Source: Tubiluchus corallicola
Taxonomy: Eukaryota > Animalia > Priapulida
Length of the DNA stretch: 23,139 nt
Reading direction: 5' to 3'
NCBI GenBank assembly: GCA_030141605.1
Contig: JAQGDQ010001865.1
Span: 1-23,139, forward strand
A program made the translations under genes and the position numbers. Below are positions 22,261-23,139 of this stretch, in pieces. A model generated the notes under the pieces. The model saw nothing but the letters and a program-made list of their open reading frames with translations, made no database searches and was not told the origin of the DNA. Position 1 is the stretch's first letter; every line of letters begins with the position of its first letter.

Positions 22261-22535
22261 ATAGCTTTCTAAGGCTTGTATTATACATGTTTGATAACTT
22301 TCTAAGGCATGTATTATACATGTTCGATAACTTTCTAAGGCATGTATTATACATGTTTGATAACTTTCTAAGGCATGTATTATACATGTTTGATAACTTT
22401 CTAAGGCATGTATTATACACGTTTGATAACTTTCTAAGGCATGTATTATACATGTTTGATAACTTTCTAAGGCATGTATTATACATGTTTGATAACTTTC
22501 TAAGACATGTATTATACATGTTTGATAACTTTCTA
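22261..22535. repeat. 33-bp minisatellite, ~8.3 copies
   Basis: Unit AACTTTCTAAGGCATGTATTATACATGTTTGAT with an internal inverted repeat CATGTA-TTA-TACATG. No spacers. Confidence 0.96.
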
Positions 22536-22802
22536 GGGTACACCTTTTAGCTCGTGGTGTTCGTAATAATAGTAATATAATAAGAAAATTTAATAATCTT
22601 TATTTAAAGTCGGTTTGCAATTAATTGTAATTTTCAAATTGAGAAAAGTTCGTTTCGTTCGTTTTCTTTTCTTTTACTTTTACTTTTGTTGCACGTGAAT
22701 GTATGTTTGTGGTACTGCACAGAATATGATAAAAACAACTTAAAAATGTAACTTCAAATACATTTGCAAGATAAAAACAATTGTTTATATTATTTATAAT
22801 GT

Positions 22803-22932
22803 CTATATCTATATCTATATATATATAATATATGTATAGTCATAGTCATATAGTCATAGTCATAGTCATATATTATATACATAGATTATATAATATATAA
22901 TCTATGTATATATAATATATATATATATATAT
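22803..22932. repeat. (TA)n-rich low-complexity tract with (ATAGTC)n
   Basis: Seen directly. Confidence 0.85.
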
Positions 22933-23139
22933 ACACATGCAAGGCCTCTATTTGCAGACCGATAATTCTGCACTGTATCATGATATAAGAGTATACATAC
23001 AACACGGTCAATTATAATTGTGTCCTTAATACATGTACCACAAACTTGCTTATAAAACATTTTAGCAATTATTTATAATAATTACGGTAAATAATAACAG
23101 AATTCATTCACTGGGATTATTTAGATTACACTAGTAGAT

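Noticed and set aside
22226-22550. 11-aa repeat ORFs on both strands
   Set aside because: A consequence of the 33-bp minisatellite; non-ATG starts and no exon context.

Overview
AT-rich, intron-containing animal genomic DNA, most likely from an invertebrate; it is not prokaryotic and has no CRISPR or operon structure. Three spliced genes can be supported. (1) A minus-strand 15-hydroxyprostaglandin dehydrogenase (HPGD)-like short-chain dehydrogenase: four coding exons at 7374-7282, 4307-4074, 1601-1517 and 330-248, continuing off the window's left edge. (2) A complete plus-strand gene for an unassigned ~276-aa secreted protein: signal peptide, EGF, Pro/Gly/aromatic-rich linker, EGF, Arg/Gly tail; coding exons 11918-12110, 12608-13024 and 14270-14490, with a probable TATA promoter and short first exon near 10318-10440. 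(3) The first coding exon (18453-18717, +) of a claudin/PMP22-superfamily membrane protein. The most notable non-coding element is a ~550-bp SINE-like insertion (1839-2390): a full-length 5S rRNA head, a GC-rich body, an RTE-like 3' stem-loop with a (CAA)n tail, and a near-perfect 9-bp target-site duplication. Also present are four non-autonomous DNA-transposon-like elements of different architectures, several LINE-type 3' ends, three minisatellites and very long microsatellites. The microsatellites account for the low-complexity ORFs in the ORF track. All family assignments come from motif recognition by eye; no database search was run.
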